A stretch of DNA of 64,000 nt from the human T2T-CHM13v2.0 reference genome, Homo sapiens (GCA_009914755.4 CP068257.2:416001-480000); one strand, 5' to 3'. Positions 43,101 through 58,195 are shown, counted from the first letter of the stretch. The notes: generated from the letters alone by a model not told the origin. Program-made: numbers and translations.

Positions 43101-46100
43101 CACTGCGTTCCACTCCACTCCATTCCATTCCATTCCAATAAATTGCAGTGCATTTCATTCCATTCCATTCCTATGAATTGCCGTGCATTTCATTCATTCC
43201 ATTCCATCCTAATCAATCCCACTCTGGTCCACTCCATTCTACTACCCTCCATTTAATGCTGCTCAATTCCATTCGACTCCATTCCACTCCATTCCGTTCC
43301 ACCCCACTCCCTTCCACTGCACTCCACTCCATTCCACTCCTCTCGATTCCACTGCACTCCACTCCACTGCACTCCTCTCCATTCCACTCTACTCCATTCC
43401 ACTCCAATCCACTCCACTCCACCTCGTTCCACTCCACTCCATTTTATGCCTCTCCAATTCATTCCATTTCACTCCACTTTGTTCCACTCCATTCCACTCT
43501 ATTCCACTCAATTCAATTCAACTCCACTCCAATCCAGTACACTCCATTCTATTAGAATCCATTTCACTCCACTTCATTCCATTTCACAGTATTGCACTCC
43601 ATTTCACTCCATTCCACTCCATTCCATTCCATTCCACTCCATTCCACTCCAATCAACTCCAGTCCACTCCACTCAAATCCATTCCATTAAACTCCATTCC
43701 ATTCCATTCCACTCCTCTCCGTTTCATTCCACTCCACTGCATTCTTTTCCACTCCATTCCTCTCCACTCCATTCCCCTCCATTCCATTCCTTTCCACTCC
43801 ACTCCACTCCAATCCACTTCACTCCATTCCACTCACCTTCATTCCTTTTCATTCCATTCCATTCCATTCCGTTCCACTCCACTCGATTCTATTCCAATGC
43901 ACTCCATTCCCCTCCATTAAATTCCATTCCGCTCAAACTCACTCCAATCCACTCCACTCCACTCCATTGCATTCTATACCATTCCATTGCAATCCAATCC
44001 ATTCCATTCCACTCTACTGCATTCATTTCCAATCCACTCCACTCCATTCCACTCCATTCAAATCCATTCCATTCAATTTCACCACATTCCATTCCCTTCC
44101 TCTCCATTTCACTCCACTCTGTTCCACTCCACTCCACTCCCCTCCATTCCACTCTACTATTCATCACTCCATTCCATTCCACTCCCCCCTTTACACTCCA
44201 ATGCTCTCCATTCCAATCCATTATATTTCACTCCATTCCACCTCACTCCACTCCACTCCATTCCATTCCATTCCAATCCACTTCAATCCACTCCGTTACA
44301 TTTCATTCCACTCCACTCAATTGAATTCCTTACCATTGTATTCCACTGCATTCCATTCCACTCCTCTCTATGCCACTGCACTCCACTCCATTCCATTCCA
44401 CTGCAATCCACTCCACTCCGTTCCACTGGACTACATTTTATTCCAGTCCAATCCATTCGACTCAATTCCATTCAACTCCAATCCATGCCACTCCAATCCA
44501 CTCCATTCCACTACACTCCATTCCATTCCATTAAAATCCTTTCCATTCCATTCCACTCCATTCCATTCCACTCCACTCCAGTCCATTCCAGTCCACTCCA
44601 GTCCATTCCATTCCACTCCATTCCAATCCATTCCATTCCACTCCACTCAAATCCCCTCCATTCCGTTCCACTATAATCCATTCTGTTCCACTCCATTCCA
44701 CTCCAATCCACTCCATTCCACTTCACTCCTTTTAATTCCACTGTACTACATTCCATTCCATTCCACTCCTCTCCTCTCCTCTCCAATTCATTCCATTCCA
44801 CTCCATTTCTTTCCACTCAACTCCAGTCCACTCTATTCCACTCCTCTCTATTCCATTCCATTCCACTCCTCTCCATTCCACCTCATTCCATTCCATTCCT
44901 CTCTACTCTATTCCATTCCATTGCACTCCACTCCCCTCAACTCCACTCCATTCCATTAAAATCCATTCCATTCCATTCCATTCCACTCCATTTCATTCCT
45001 TTCATTTCCACTCCACTCCACACCATTAATCTCTATGCCATTCCATTCCACTCCACTCCATTCCATTTACTCCACTCAGTTCGACTCCACTCCATTCCAC
45101 TGCATTGCTTTCCAATCCATTCCATTCCACTCCACACCATTCCACTCCCTTACTTTCCATACCATTCCACTCCACACCACTGCAATGCATTCCTCTCCAA
45201 TCAATTCCACTCCATTTCATTCCATTCAAACCCACTCCATTCCATTCCACTCCCCTCCATTCCATTACAATCCATTCCATTCCATTCAATTGCACAACTT
45301 TCCATTTCATTCCATTCCACTCCATTCCATTCAATTCCACAAGATACCATTAAATTCCATTAAATTCCATTCCATTCCAATCCACTCGTTTCCACTCCAC
45401 TCGTTTCCACTCCAATCCATTCAATTCCATTCCATTCCATTCCACTCCATTCCATTCCCGTCCATTCCATTCCTTTCCTTTCCATTCTATTCCACTGCAC
45501 TCCACTCCATTGTATTGCACGTCATTCCATTCCATTCCACTCCACTGCATTCCATTCCATTCCATTCCATTCAATTCCACTCCACTCTATTTCTTTCCCT
45601 CCATTCCACTGCAATCCACTTCATTCCATTACAGTCCACTCCATTCCACCCCACTCCATTCCACTCCTCTCCTTTCCACTCCACTCCACTCCAATCCACT
45701 CCATTCCACCTCACTCCACTCCATTCCATTCCATCCGACTCCATTCCATGTCAATCCTTTCCATTCCATTCCACTCCATTCCATTCCATTCCACTCCAGT
45801 CTATTCCTTACATTCCATTCCATTCTACTCCATTCCACTCTATTCCATTCAACTCCACTATATTCCATTCCATTCCATTCAACTCCACGACATTGCATTC
45901 CCCTCCACTCCACTCCACTCTACTGAATTCCATTCCACTCCATTCCATTCTGCTCCGTTCCACTCTATTCCACTCCATTGCATTCCTCTCCACTCCACAC
46001 CACTTCACTCCTCTCCACTCCACTCCCTTACATTCAATTCTATTCCATTTCTTTCCATTTTATTCCACCCCATTCCATTCCATTCCATTCCATTCAACTA

Positions 46101-49100
46101 CATTCCACGAAACGCCACCCCACTCCACTCCACTGAATTCCATTCCCGTACATTCTATTCCATTCCATTCCATTCCATTCCATTCCATTCCACTCCACTG
46201 CATTCCATTCCATTCCATTCCAGTCCGTTCCATTCCCTTCCACTCCACTCCATTCCACTCCACTTCACTCTCCTAAACTCCACTCCATTCCACTCGTCTC
46301 CACAAAATTCCACTACACTCCATTCCATTCCCCTCCAATCCATTCCATTTCACTCCACTACATTCCATTTCATTCCCTTCCATTCCATTCAATTCCACTC
46401 CATTCCACTCCACTCCACCCCATTCCACTCCACTCAATTCCTTTCCATTCCATTCTTTCCATTCCATTCCATTCCACTCCACTCCATTCCGTTCCATTAT
46501 ACTCCACTCCATTCAACTGCTCTCCACACCATTCCACTGCACTGCATTCCATTCCATTCCCTTCAATTCCTTTCCATTCTGCTCCAGTCTACTCCATTCA
46601 ACTCCAATCCATTCCACTCAACTCCAATCCTTTCTATTCCACTACAGTCGATTTCACTCCACTCCACTCCACTCCTATCCATTCCACTCCGTTCCATTTC
46701 ATTCCAGTGCACTCCATTCCATTCCACTCCACTCCATTTAATTTCTCTCCACTCCATCCAACGGCATTCGAACATATTCGACTCCATTCCACTCCACTCC
46801 ATGCCATTCCATTCCACTCCTCTCCTCTCCATTCCACCCCTCTCAATTCCATTGCATTCCAAACCATTCCACTCCATTCCATAGCATTCTTTTGCACTCC
46901 ATTCCATTCCATTCCACTCCTTTCCATTCCATTCCCTTCCTTTCCACTCTACTCAACTCTTTTACTCCACTCCGTTGCATTCAATTCCATTCCACTCCAC
47001 TCCATTCCATTCCATTCCATTCCATTCCATTCCAATCCACACCACTTCATTTCTTTCCACTCCATTGCCATCCATTCCTTGCCACTCCATTCCATTCCAC
47101 TCCACTGCATTCCTTTCTGGTCAATCCATTCCACTCCACTCTATTCCATTCCATTCCATTCGACTACATTCTATTCCACTCCTCTCCACTCCACTCCACA
47201 CCACTCCATTCCATTCCATTCCATTACACTCCACTCCATTCCATTCTACTTCAATCCATCCCATTCCATTCCACCCCATTCCATTCAATTCCATTCTTTC
47301 CACTCCACTCTACTTCTCTCCATTCCACTCCACTCCATTGCATTTCATTCCACTCCATTCCATTCCACTCCACTCAAGTTCACTGCATTCCATTCCCTTC
47401 CATTCCATTCCATTCCATTCCATTCCGTTCAAATCCACTCCATTCTATTCCACTCCAGTCCATTCCACGCCACACATATCAACTCCATTAGATTCCAATC
47501 CACTCTACTAAACTCCACCCCATTCCATTTCACTCCATTCCATTCTATTCTACTCCACTCCACTGCATTCCACGACACTCCATTACACTCCACTGCATAC
47601 GACTCCAATCCATTCCATTCCATCGCATAACATTCCACTCAACTACATTCCATTCCACTCCACTCCATTCCATTCTACTCCATTGAATTCCACTCAACTC
47701 CATTCAATTCCACTCCATTCCATTCCATTACATTCCGTTCCATTTCAGCCCATTCCATTCCCTTCCTTTCCATTCCATTGCATTCTCCTACACTACACAC
47801 CACTCTACTCCACTTCTCTCCATTACACTCCATTCAGTTCCAGTCCATTTCACTCCATTCCATTCCATTCCATTCCACTCCGCTACATTCCATTCCACTC
47901 TGCTCCATTACATTCCACTCCACACAACTACTTTCCACTCCATTCCACTCCATTCCATTCCACTCCACTCCACTCCCCCAATCCACACCACTCCACTCCA
48001 TTCCCCTAAATTCCATTCCATTGCATTCCATTGCATTCCATTGCATTCCATTGCATTCCATTCCATTCCATTCCATTCCATTTCACTTCACTCCATTGCA
48101 TTCCATTCAACTTCACTGCATTCCATTCCTTTCCATTCCAGTGCACGCCTTTCCTCTCCATTCCACTCCATTCCACACCATTCCATTCCATTCGTCTCCA
48201 TTCCCTTCCACTCCACTCCACTACATTCCATTCCACTCCGTTCCATTCCATTCCACTTCACTCCTTTCCATTCAACTCCAATGCATTCCACTTTACTCCA
48301 TTCCATAGCATTCCATTCCCATACATTCCATTCCAATCCATTCCATTCCCCTCCACTCTTCTAAATTCCACTCCAATCCATTCCACTCCACTGCAATCCA
48401 TTCCATTCCACTCCATTCTATACGTTCCAATCCATTATATCCCATCCATTGCACCCCATTCCGTTCCATTTCACTTCATTTCATACCATTCCACTCCACT
48501 CCACTCCACTTCTTTCCATTCCATTCCTAGCCATTCCACACCAATCCACTCCACTCTTCTCCATGTCATTCTGCTCCATTCCATTCCACTCCTCTCCATT
48601 CCATTCCACCCAACACTATTCCAGTCCTCTCCATTCCACTCCACCACATTCCATTCCATTCCTTTCCATTCCATTCATTTCCATTCCACTCCACTCCATT
48701 CCATTTAACTCAACTATATTTCACTGTATTCTCCTCATTCCATTCCACTCCACTCCACTCCAGTCCACTCCACTCCATTCCTCCCCTTTCCATTCCTTTC
48801 CATTCCACTCTACTCCACTGCATTCCATTCCACTCCACTCCACTCAACTCCATTCGAGTCCATTCCAATACATTCCATTCCACTCCACTCCATTCTACTC
48901 CACTAGACTCCTTTCCACTCCCGTCCACTCCTTTCCACTCCATTTCACTCCATTCCACTCTATTCCACTACACTTCATTCCACTCCAATCCATTCCATTC
49001 CATTACAATCCAATCCACTCGGTTACATTCCACTTCACTCCATTCCAATCCACTCGATTCCCTTCAACTCCACCCCATTCCATTCCACTCCTATGCATTC

Positions 49101-52100
49101 TTTCCATTAAACTCCATTCCACTCCATTCCATTCCAATCCCCTCCACTATATTCCATTCAGTTCCACCCCACTCCACTATACTCCATTCATTTCTAATCC
49201 ATTCCACTCCATTCCATTCCATTCTGCTCCACTTAGTTCTATTCCACTCCACTCCATTCCATTCCACTCCATTCCATTCCACTACACTCCATTCCATTAC
49301 ACTGAACTCTATTCCACTCCACTCTGTTCCACTCCACTCCATTGCTCTCCAATCCATTCCATTCCATTGCTTCCCACTCCATTACATTCCACTCCACTCC
49401 ACTTCATTCCATTACACTCCACTCCATTCCACTCCATTCCATTACACTCCACTCCAATCAAATCCATTTCATCCCATTCCTTTGCATTCCTTTCTACTCC
49501 ACTCCACTCCATTCCACTCCACTCCACTCCATTCCACTCCACTCCATTATTTGCACTCGATTCCATTCCAATCTACTCTATTCTACTCCATTCCAATACA
49601 TTGCATTCCACTCCACTCCATTCCATTCCATTCCATTCCATTCCATTCAATTCCACTTCAATCCAGTGCACTCCAATCCATTCCACTCCATTCCACTCCA
49701 TTCTATTCCATTCCACTGCATTCCACTCTACTCTATCTCACTCCACTCCTTTCCATTCCACTCCATTCCATTCCAGTCCACTCCACTCCTCTCCACTCAA
49801 CTCCATTCCAATCCATTCCATTCCATTCCACTCGATTCCATTCCAGTCCACTCCATTCTATTCCATTCCATTCCAATACACTCCACTCCATTCCACTCCA
49901 CTCCATTCCATTTCACTCCACTCCTTTATATTCCATTCCACCCCGTTCCATTCCATTCCACTGCATTCCACTCCATTCCACTGCACTGCAGTCCATTCCA
50001 CTTCAGTCCATTCCATTCCACTATTCCCCACTCCACTCCACTCCACTCCATTCCATTCCACTCCACTCCCATCTACTCCACTGCATTTCATTCAAGTCCA
50101 CTCCATTTTTTTCCATTCCACTCCAATCCACTCCACTCCTTTCCAATCCACTCTATTCCACTACATTCCATTCCATTGCTTTCCCCTCAATTCTTGTCCA
50201 CTTCACTCAATTCCACTCCAGTCCATTCCATTCCACTCCAATCCACTCCACTCCTTTCCAATCCACTCTATTCCACTACATTCCATTCCATTGCTTTCCC
50301 CTCAATTCTTGTCCACTTCACTCAATTCCAATCCAGTCCATTCCATTCCACTCTACTCCACTTCATTCCATTTCATTCCACTCCACTCCACTCCACTCTA
50401 ATCCACTCCATTCCATTCCATTTCATTCCACTCCACTCCACTCTAATCCATTCCACTCCATTCCTTTCCAATCCACTCAATTCCATTCCACTCCACTTCA
50501 TTCCATTCCACTCCATTACTCTCCACTCCACTTCATTCCACTCCACTCTTTTCCATTCCACTCCACTCCATTCCGTTTCTTTCCCCTCCATTCCATTCCA
50601 CTCCACTCCATTCCATTCCATTCCATTCCTTTCCTCTCCACTCTAATCCATTCCAATACACTGCATTTCACTCCACTTCCTTCCATTCCATTCCTTTCCA
50701 CTCCATTCCATTCCACTGCAATCCTTTCCATTCCACTCGTCTCCATTCCATTCCACTCGTCTCTATTCCCCTCCTTTCCATTTCACTCCACTGTACTCCA
50801 TTCTATTCCAATCGTCTTCATTCCAGTCCACTCCAGTCTATTCCACTGCTCTCCATCACTCTCCAATGCTTTCCATTCCATTCCATTCCATTCCATTCCA
50901 TTCCATTCCATTCCATTCGACTCCACTCCTTTTGACTGCATTCCCCTACATTCCATTCCATTCTACTCCACTAAATTGTACTCCACTCCACTCCATTCCA
51001 TTCCTTTCATGGTCATTCCATTCCATTCAATTGCATTCCTTTCCACAATACTCCATTCTACTCATCTCCACTCGGTTCCACTCCACTGCATTCCATTCCA
51101 CTCAACTCCATTCCACTCCACTACATCCCATTCAATTCCACTCCCTTCCATTGCACTCCACTACATTCCATTCCACTGCTCTCCGTTTAACTCCATTCCA
51201 TTCTAGGCAACACAACTCCATTCCACTCCACTCCACTTCATTCTTTTTCATTACATTCTATCCAACCCACGCCATTCCATTCCATTCCATTCCATTTCAC
51301 TACACTCCATTCCACTCTACTCCTCTCCACTCTATTCCACTCCTTTAATCTCCATTTCATTCCATTTCACCTCATACCACTCCACTCCGCAACATTCCAC
51401 TCCACTCCACTCCAATCCAGTCCACCCCATTCCATTCCACACCGCTCCAGTCCACTTCACTCCATTCCACCTCATTTCACTCCACTGCATTGCATTCCAT
51501 ACAATTCTATTTGACTTCCACTCCACTCCACTCCACTCCATTACGTTCCACCAAATTGCATTCCATTCCATGCCACTCTATTACATTCAATTCCACTCCA
51601 TTCCATTCCACTACACTCCCATCCACTACATTCCACTCCATTCCATTCCCCTCCCTTCCACTCCGCTCTACTCCCCTCCACTTCACTTCGTTCCATTCCA
51701 TTCCTTGCCATTCCATTCCATTCCGTTTTATTCCATTCCACTCCAATCCATTCCAATTAACTCCACTCCGTTCCACTCCACTCGATGCCATTCCACTCCA
51801 CTCGATTCCATTTAATTCCACTCCACACCACTCCCCTTCATTTCACTCCACTCTTCTCCACTCTTATACACTCCACCCCAATCCATCTCACTCCGTTAGT
51901 TTCCATTCCAATCCAATCCACTACATTCTTGTCCACTCGATTCCATTCCACTCCATTCCATTCCATTACATTTCATTTCATTGCACTCCATTCCATTTCA
52001 TTCCATTGCATTCCATTCCACCCCACTCCATTCCACTCCATTGCATTCCACTCTACTACATTCCATACCATTTCATTCCACTCCATTACATTACATTCCA

Positions 52101-52883
52101 CTCCATTCCATTCCACTGCACTCCACTCCATTCCATTCCATTGTATTCCATTCAAATCCACTCCACTCCATTATTTTCCATTCCATTCCACTCCATTCCA
52201 TTCTACTCTACCCCACTCCACTCAATTCCATTCCATTCCACTCCTTCTATTCCATTCCACTGCATTCCACTCCACTCCATTCCATTCCACTCCACTCCAC
52301 TCCATTCCACTCCATTCCACCCCAATCCTCTCCCCTCCATTCCTTTCCACTGCATCCCAATCCACTCCATTCCATTACACTCCAATCCATTCCATTACAC
52401 TTCACGCCAATCCATTCCACCCCACTCCATTGCATTCCATTCTATTCCACTCTACTCCATTCTGTTCAATTCCATTTCACTCCACTTCAATCCACTCCAC
52501 TTCACTCCATTCCACTCCATTCTATTCCATTCGATTGCATTCCATTCCACTGCAATCCTCTCCACTCCACTCCATGTCTTTCTACTCCGTTCCATTCCTT
52601 TCGATTCCATTGCATTCCATTTGATTCAACTCCATTCCATTGTACTTCATTCCATTCCACTCCACACCATTTAATTCCACTTCATCCATCCGCTTTCCGA
52701 CACATTCCACTCCACTCCAGTCCACTCCCATCCACTCCATTCCATTCCTCCCCACTCCACTCCATTCCACTCCATTCCACTCTTTTCCATTCCACTGTAT
52801 TCCCTTCCAGTCCACTCTGCTCCAATCGACTCCATTTTATTCCAATCCACTCCATTCCTTTCCACTCCATCTGCCTCACTATA
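40151..52883. repeat. HSat3 sub-array B: diverged (ATTCC)n with no Alu-derived inserts
   Basis: No 'gtcacccaggctggagtgcagtgg'-type segment occurs after ~40130. The pentamer is degenerate, with many CATTC/CACTC/CAATC variants and short irregular motifs. Confidence 0.8.
50150..50375. repeat. Local ~113-bp tandem duplication within HSat3 sub-array B
   Basis: 'ctttccaatccactctattccactacattccattccattgctttcccctcaattcttgtccacttcactcaattcca.tccagtccattccattccactc' occurs twice back-to-back (50150-50262 and 50263-50375). Confidence 0.7.
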
Positions 52884-52891
52884 ACTATTCT

Positions 52892-54796
52892 CTAGGATCT
52901 GATCACAGGGTGCTTTGTGACATATCCCTGCAATGATCACCGAGGTGATATACCACTTGCCAAGGCTCTGCCTACAGGGGCATTGCAATGTATCTCTGCA
53001 CTGATCACCTAGGTCTTGTAACTCTTTTCTAGGATCTGCCTACAGGGTGCCTTGTGACGTATCCCAGCAAGGATTACCCAGGTGATGTACCTCTCATCAA
53101 GGCTCTGCCTACAGCCAAATTGCGATGTATCTCTGCACTGATCACCGAGGTCATGTAAGTTTTGTCTAGGCTCTGCCTACGATGGCATTGTGACATATCT
53201 CTGCACTAATCACCCAAGTGATGTAACTCTTGTCTAGGATCTGCCTAAATTAACTTTGTGACATAACCCTGTACTGATCATCCAGGTGATGGGGCTTTTG
53301 TATGGGCTCTGCCTAAGGGGGCATTGTGACATATTTCTGCATTGAGCACCCAGGTGGCGAACTCTTCTCTTGCATCTGCCTATGGGGGCATTGTGACAAA
53401 TCTCTGCACTGATCACCCAGGTGATGTAACTGTTGTGTAACCTCTGCCTACAGGGGAATTGTGAGAGATCTCGCCACTGATGAACCAAGTGATGTAACCA
53501 TTGTCTAGGCTTTGCGTACAGGGGTCTTTGTGACATTCCTTTGCACTGATCACCCAGGTGATGTAACACATCTAAGTTCGGCCTAAAGGAGCTTTGTGAC
53601 ATATCTTTGCACAGATCACTTAGGTGATGTAACACTTTTATAAACACTGCCTACAGGGAATTTTGACAAATCTCTGCACTGATCACCTAGGTGATGTAAC
53701 TCTTGTCTACCCTCTGTCCAACGGGGCATTGTGAAATATCTCTGCACTGATGACCCAGGTGATTCAACTCTTGACTAGGATCTGCCTACAGAGGTTATTG
53801 TGAAATATCTCTGCACTGATAAACTAGGTGGTGTAACCCTTGTCCAAGTTCTGCCTACAGGGGCGTTTTCACATATCCCTGAACTGATGACAAAGGTGAT
53901 GTAACTCTTGCCTAGGCTTTGCCTACAGGGGACATTGGACATATATCTGCACTGATCACCCAGGTGATGCAACTCTTGCCTAGCCTTTGCCTACAGGGGA
54001 CATTGTGACATATCTCTGCACTGATCTCCCAGGTGCTGTAACTTTAGTCTAGGCTCTGGCTACACGGCATTGTGACATATCACTGCACTGATCACCCAGG
54101 TGATATAACACTTGACTAGGCTCTGCCTACAATGGTCTTGTGACATATCTCTGCACTGATCACACAGGTGATATAACTCTTCTCTAGGATCTGCCTACAG
54201 GATGCTTTGTGACATATCCCTGCACTGATCACCCAGGTGATCTAACTCTGGTCTAAGCTCCGCCTAAAGGGGCATTGTGACAGATCTCTGCACTGATCAC
54301 TCAGGTGATGTAACGATTGTCTAGGCTCTGATTAAAGGGGCCTTGTCACATATCTCTGCACTGATCACCCAGGTGATGTAACTCTTGTATAGCCTCTGCT
54401 TCCACGGCATATTGTGACATATCTATGCACTGATCACCTTAGTGATGTAACAGCTGTGTAGGCTCGGCCTACTCGGGAATCTTGCCATATCTCTGCACTG
54501 TTAACCGAGGCGATTGAACTCTTGTCTAGGCTGTGCCCACAGGGGGATTGAGACATATCTCTGCACTGATCCCGAGGTGATCCAACTCTTGCCTGGTCTC
54601 TGCCTACTGGGGACATTTTGACATATCTCTGCACTGATCTCCCAGGTGCTATAACTTTAGTCTAGGCTCTGGCTACACGGCATTGTGACATATGACTGCA
54701 CTGATTACCCAGGCGATATAACTCTTGTCTCGGCTCTGCCTACAATGGTCTTGTGACATATCTCTGCACTGATCACCTAGGTGATATATCTCTTCT
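52892..54796. repeat. Beta satellite higher-order repeat copy 1 (1905 bp, 28 monomers, type I: has monomer M', lacks K2)
   Basis: Phase is set by the landmark 'ctaggatctga.cacagggtgctttgtgacatatccctgcaatgatcacc'. Monomer order is A B C D E F G H I J K L M N O P Q L' M'. Confidence 0.7.
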
Positions 54797-56768
54797 CTAG
54801 GATCTGACCACAGGGTGCTTTGTTACATATCCCTGTAATGATCACCCAGGGGTATACCACTTGCCAAATCTCTGCCTACAGGGACATTGTAATATATCTC
54901 TGCACTGATCACCTAGGTCTTGTAACTCTTTTCTAGGATCTGCCTACAGGGTGCTTTGTGACGTATCCCAGCAAGGATTACCCAGGTGTTGTACCTCTCA
55001 TCAAGGCTCTGCCTACAGGCACATTGCGATGTATCTCTGCACTGATCACCGAGGTCATGTAAGTTTTGTCTAGGCTCTGCCTGCGATGGCATTGTGACAT
55101 ATCTCTGCACTAATCATCCAAGTGATGTAACTCTTGTCTAGGATCTGCCTAAATTAACTTTGTGACATAACCCAGTACTGATCATCCAGGTGATGGGGCT
55201 TTTGTCTAGACTCTGCCTAAGGGGGCATTGTGACATATTTCTGCATTGAGCACCCAGGTGACGAACTCTTCTCTCGCATCTACCTATGGGGGCATTGTGA
55301 CAAATCTCTGCACTGATCACCCAGGTGTCGTAAATGTTGTGTAACCTCTGCCTACAGGGGAATTGTGAGAGATCTCGCCACTGATCACCCAAGTGATGTA
55401 ACCATTGTCTAGGCTTTGCGTACAGGAGGCTTTGTGACATACCTTTGCACTGATCACCCAGGTGATGTAACACATCTAAGTTCGGCCTAAAGGAGCTTTG
55501 TGACATATCTCTGCACTGATCACTTAGGTGATGTAACACTTTTATAAGCACTGCCTACAGGGAATTTTGACAAATCTGTACACTGATCACCTAGGTGATG
55601 TAACTCTTGTCTACCCTCTGTCCAACGGGGCATTGTGAAATATCTCTGCACTGATCACCCAGGTGATTCAACTCTTGACTAGGATCTGCCTACAGAGGTT
55701 ATTGTGAAATATCTCTGCACTGATAAACTAGGTGGTGTAACCCTTGTCCAAGTTCTGCCTACAGGGGCGTTTTCACATATCCCTGAACTGATGACAAAGG
55801 TGATGTAACTCTTGCCTAGGCTTTGCCTACAGGGGACATTGGACATATATCTGCACTGATCACCCAGGTGATGCAACTCTTGCCTAGGCTTTGCCTACAG
55901 GGGACATTGTGACATATCTCTTCAATGATCACCCATGTGATGCAACTCTTGCCTAGGCTTTGCCTACAGGGGACATTGTGACATATCTCTGCACTGATTT
56001 CCCAGGTGCTGTAACTTTAGGCTAGGCTCTGGCTACACGGCATTGTGACATATCACTGCAATGATCAACCAGGTGATATAACCCCTGTAGAGGCTCTGCC
56101 TACAGGGGGCTTGTGACAAATGTCTGCACGGATCACCCAGGTGATATAGCTCTTCTCTAGGATCTGCCTATAGGGTGCTTTGTGACATATCCCTGCACTG
56201 ATCACCCAGGTGATCTAACTCTGGTCTAAGCTCTTCCTAAAGGGGCCTTGTGACAGATCTCTGCACTGATCACTCAGGTGATGTAACTTTTGTCTAGGCT
56301 CTGCTTCAAGAGGCCTTGTCACAAATCTCTGCACTGATCACCCAGGTGATGTAACTCTTGTCTAGGCTCTGCTTCCAGGGCATATTGTGACATATCTATG
56401 CACTGATCACCTTAGTGATGTAACACTTGTGTAGGCTCGGCCTACAGGGGAATCTTGACATATCTCTGCACTGTTAACCGAGGTGATTTAACTCTTCTCT
56501 AGGCTGTGCCCAAAGGGGTTTGAGACATATCTCTGCACTGATCCCGAGGTGATCCAACTCTTGCCTGGTCTCTGCCTACTGGGGACATTGTGACATATCT
56601 CTGCACTGATCTCCCTGGTGCTGCAACTATAGTCTAGGCTCTGGCTACACGACATTGTGACATATCAGTGCACTGATCACATAGGTGATATAACTCTTGT
56701 CTAGGCTCTGCCTACAATGGTCTTGTGACTTATCTCTGCACTGATCACCCAGGTGATATAACTATTCT
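54797..56768. repeat. Beta satellite higher-order repeat copy 2 (1972 bp, 29 monomers: has both K2 and M')
   Basis: The same landmark at 54797 and 56769 gives a 1972-bp spacing. An extra monomer 'cttcaatgatcacccatgtgatgcaactcttgcctaggctttgcctacaggggacattgtgacatatct' (K2) lies at ~55905-55972 and is absent from copy 1. Confidence 0.7.
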
Positions 56769-58195
56769 CTAGGATCTGACCACAGGGTGCTTTGTGACAT
56801 ATCCCTGCAATGATCACCCAGGTGATATACCACTTGCCAATGCTCTGCCTACAGGGGCATTGCAATGTATCTCAGCACTGATCACCTAGGTCTTGTAACT
56901 GTTTTCTAGGATCTGCCTACAGGGTGCTTTGTGACGTATCCCAGCAAGGATTACCCAGGTGATGTACCGCTCATCAAGGCTCTGCCTACAGGCACATTGC
57001 AATGTATCTCTGCACTGATCACCTAGGTCATGTAACATTTGTCTAGTCTCTGCCTACGATGGCATTGTGACATATTTCTGCACTAATCATCCAAGTGATG
57101 TAACTCTTGTCTAGGATCTGCCTACACTAACTTTGTGACATAATCCTGTACAGATCATCCAGGTGATGGGGTTTTTGTCTAGGCTCTGCCTAAGGGGGCA
57201 TTGTGACAAATTCCTGCATTGATCACCCAGGTGGCGAAATCTTCCCTTGGATCTGCCTATGGGGGCATTGTGACAAATCTCTGCACTGATCACCCAGGTG
57301 CCGTAACAGTTGTGTAACCTCTGCCTACAGGGGAATTGTGAGAGATCTCGCCACTGATCACCCAAGTGATGTAACCATTGACTAGGCTTTGCGAACAGGG
57401 GGTTAGTGACATACCTTTGCACTGATCACCCAGGTGATGTAACACATCTAAGTTCGGCCTAAAGGAGCTTTGTGACATATCTCTGCACTGATCAACCAGG
57501 TGATATAACCCCTGTATAGGCTCTGCCTACAGGGGGCTTGTGACATATGTCTGCACGGATCACCCAGGTGATATAGCTCTTCTCTAGGATCTGCCTATAG
57601 GGTGCTTTGTGACATATCCCTGCACTGATCTCCCAGGTGATCTAACTCTGGTCTAAGCTCTTCCTAAAGGGGCATTGTGACAGATCTCTGCACTGATCAC
57701 TCAGGTGATGTAACTGTTGTCTAGGCTCTGCTTCAAGGGGCCTTGTCACAAATCTCTGCACTGATCACCCAGGTGATGTAACTATTGTCTAGGCTCTGCT
57801 TCCAGGGCATATTGTGACATATCTATGCACTGTTCACCTTAGTGATGTAACACTTGTGTAGGCTCGGCCTACAGGGGAATCTTGACATATATCTACACTG
57901 TTAACCGAGGTGATTTAACTCTTCTCTAGGCTGTGCCCACAGGGGGATTGAGACATATCTCTGCACTGATCCCGAGGTGATCCAACTCTTACTGGTCTCT
58001 GCCTACTGGGGACATTGTGACATATCTCTGCACTGATCTCCCTTGTGCTGCAACTTTAGTCTAGGCTCTGGCTACACGACATTGTGACATAGCAGTGCAC
58101 TGATCACATAGGTGATATAACTCTTGTCTAGGCTCCGCCTACAATGGTCTTGTGACATATCTCTGCACTGATCACCCAGGTGATATAACTATTCT
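56769..58195. repeat. Beta satellite higher-order repeat copy 3 (1427 bp, 21 monomers: internal deletion of about 7 consecutive monomers G through L)
   Basis: The order A-B-C-D-E-F is intact, with 'aacacatctaagttcggcc' at ~57440. It then jumps directly to 'ctgatcaaccaggtgatataacccctgtatagg' and on to N-O-P-Q-L'-M'. The H-I-J block (the 65-aa ORF landmark) is missing. Confidence 0.7.

Larger units (their letters stand above)
30246..52883. repeat. Human satellite 3 (HSat3) array, (ATTCC)n on the + strand and (GGAAT)n on the - strand, 22.6 kb, uniformly oriented
   Basis: Continuous degenerate pentamer 'cattccattccactccactcc...' with no inversions. The ORF track shows stop-free HSIPF... on the + strand and MEWNG... 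on the - strand, as this pentamer predicts. Confidence 0.97.

Noticed and set aside
30196-52988. Dozens of very long ORFs on both strands across the 30-53 kb region, such as 32658-36200 (+, 1180 aa), 48449-50401 (650 aa), 49482-51206 (574 aa) and 41647-42363 (-, 238 aa), which could be mistaken for repeat-rich surface proteins.
   Set aside because: They are translations of the (ATTCC)n/(GGAAT)n pentamer. CAT-TCC-ATT-CCA-TTC and GAA-TGG-AAT-GGA-ATG contain no stop codon in any frame, so they give H-S-I-P-F and M-E-W-N-G repeats. ORFs overlap on both strands and in all frames, with no start, stop or codon-usage structure. This is satellite DNA, not genes.
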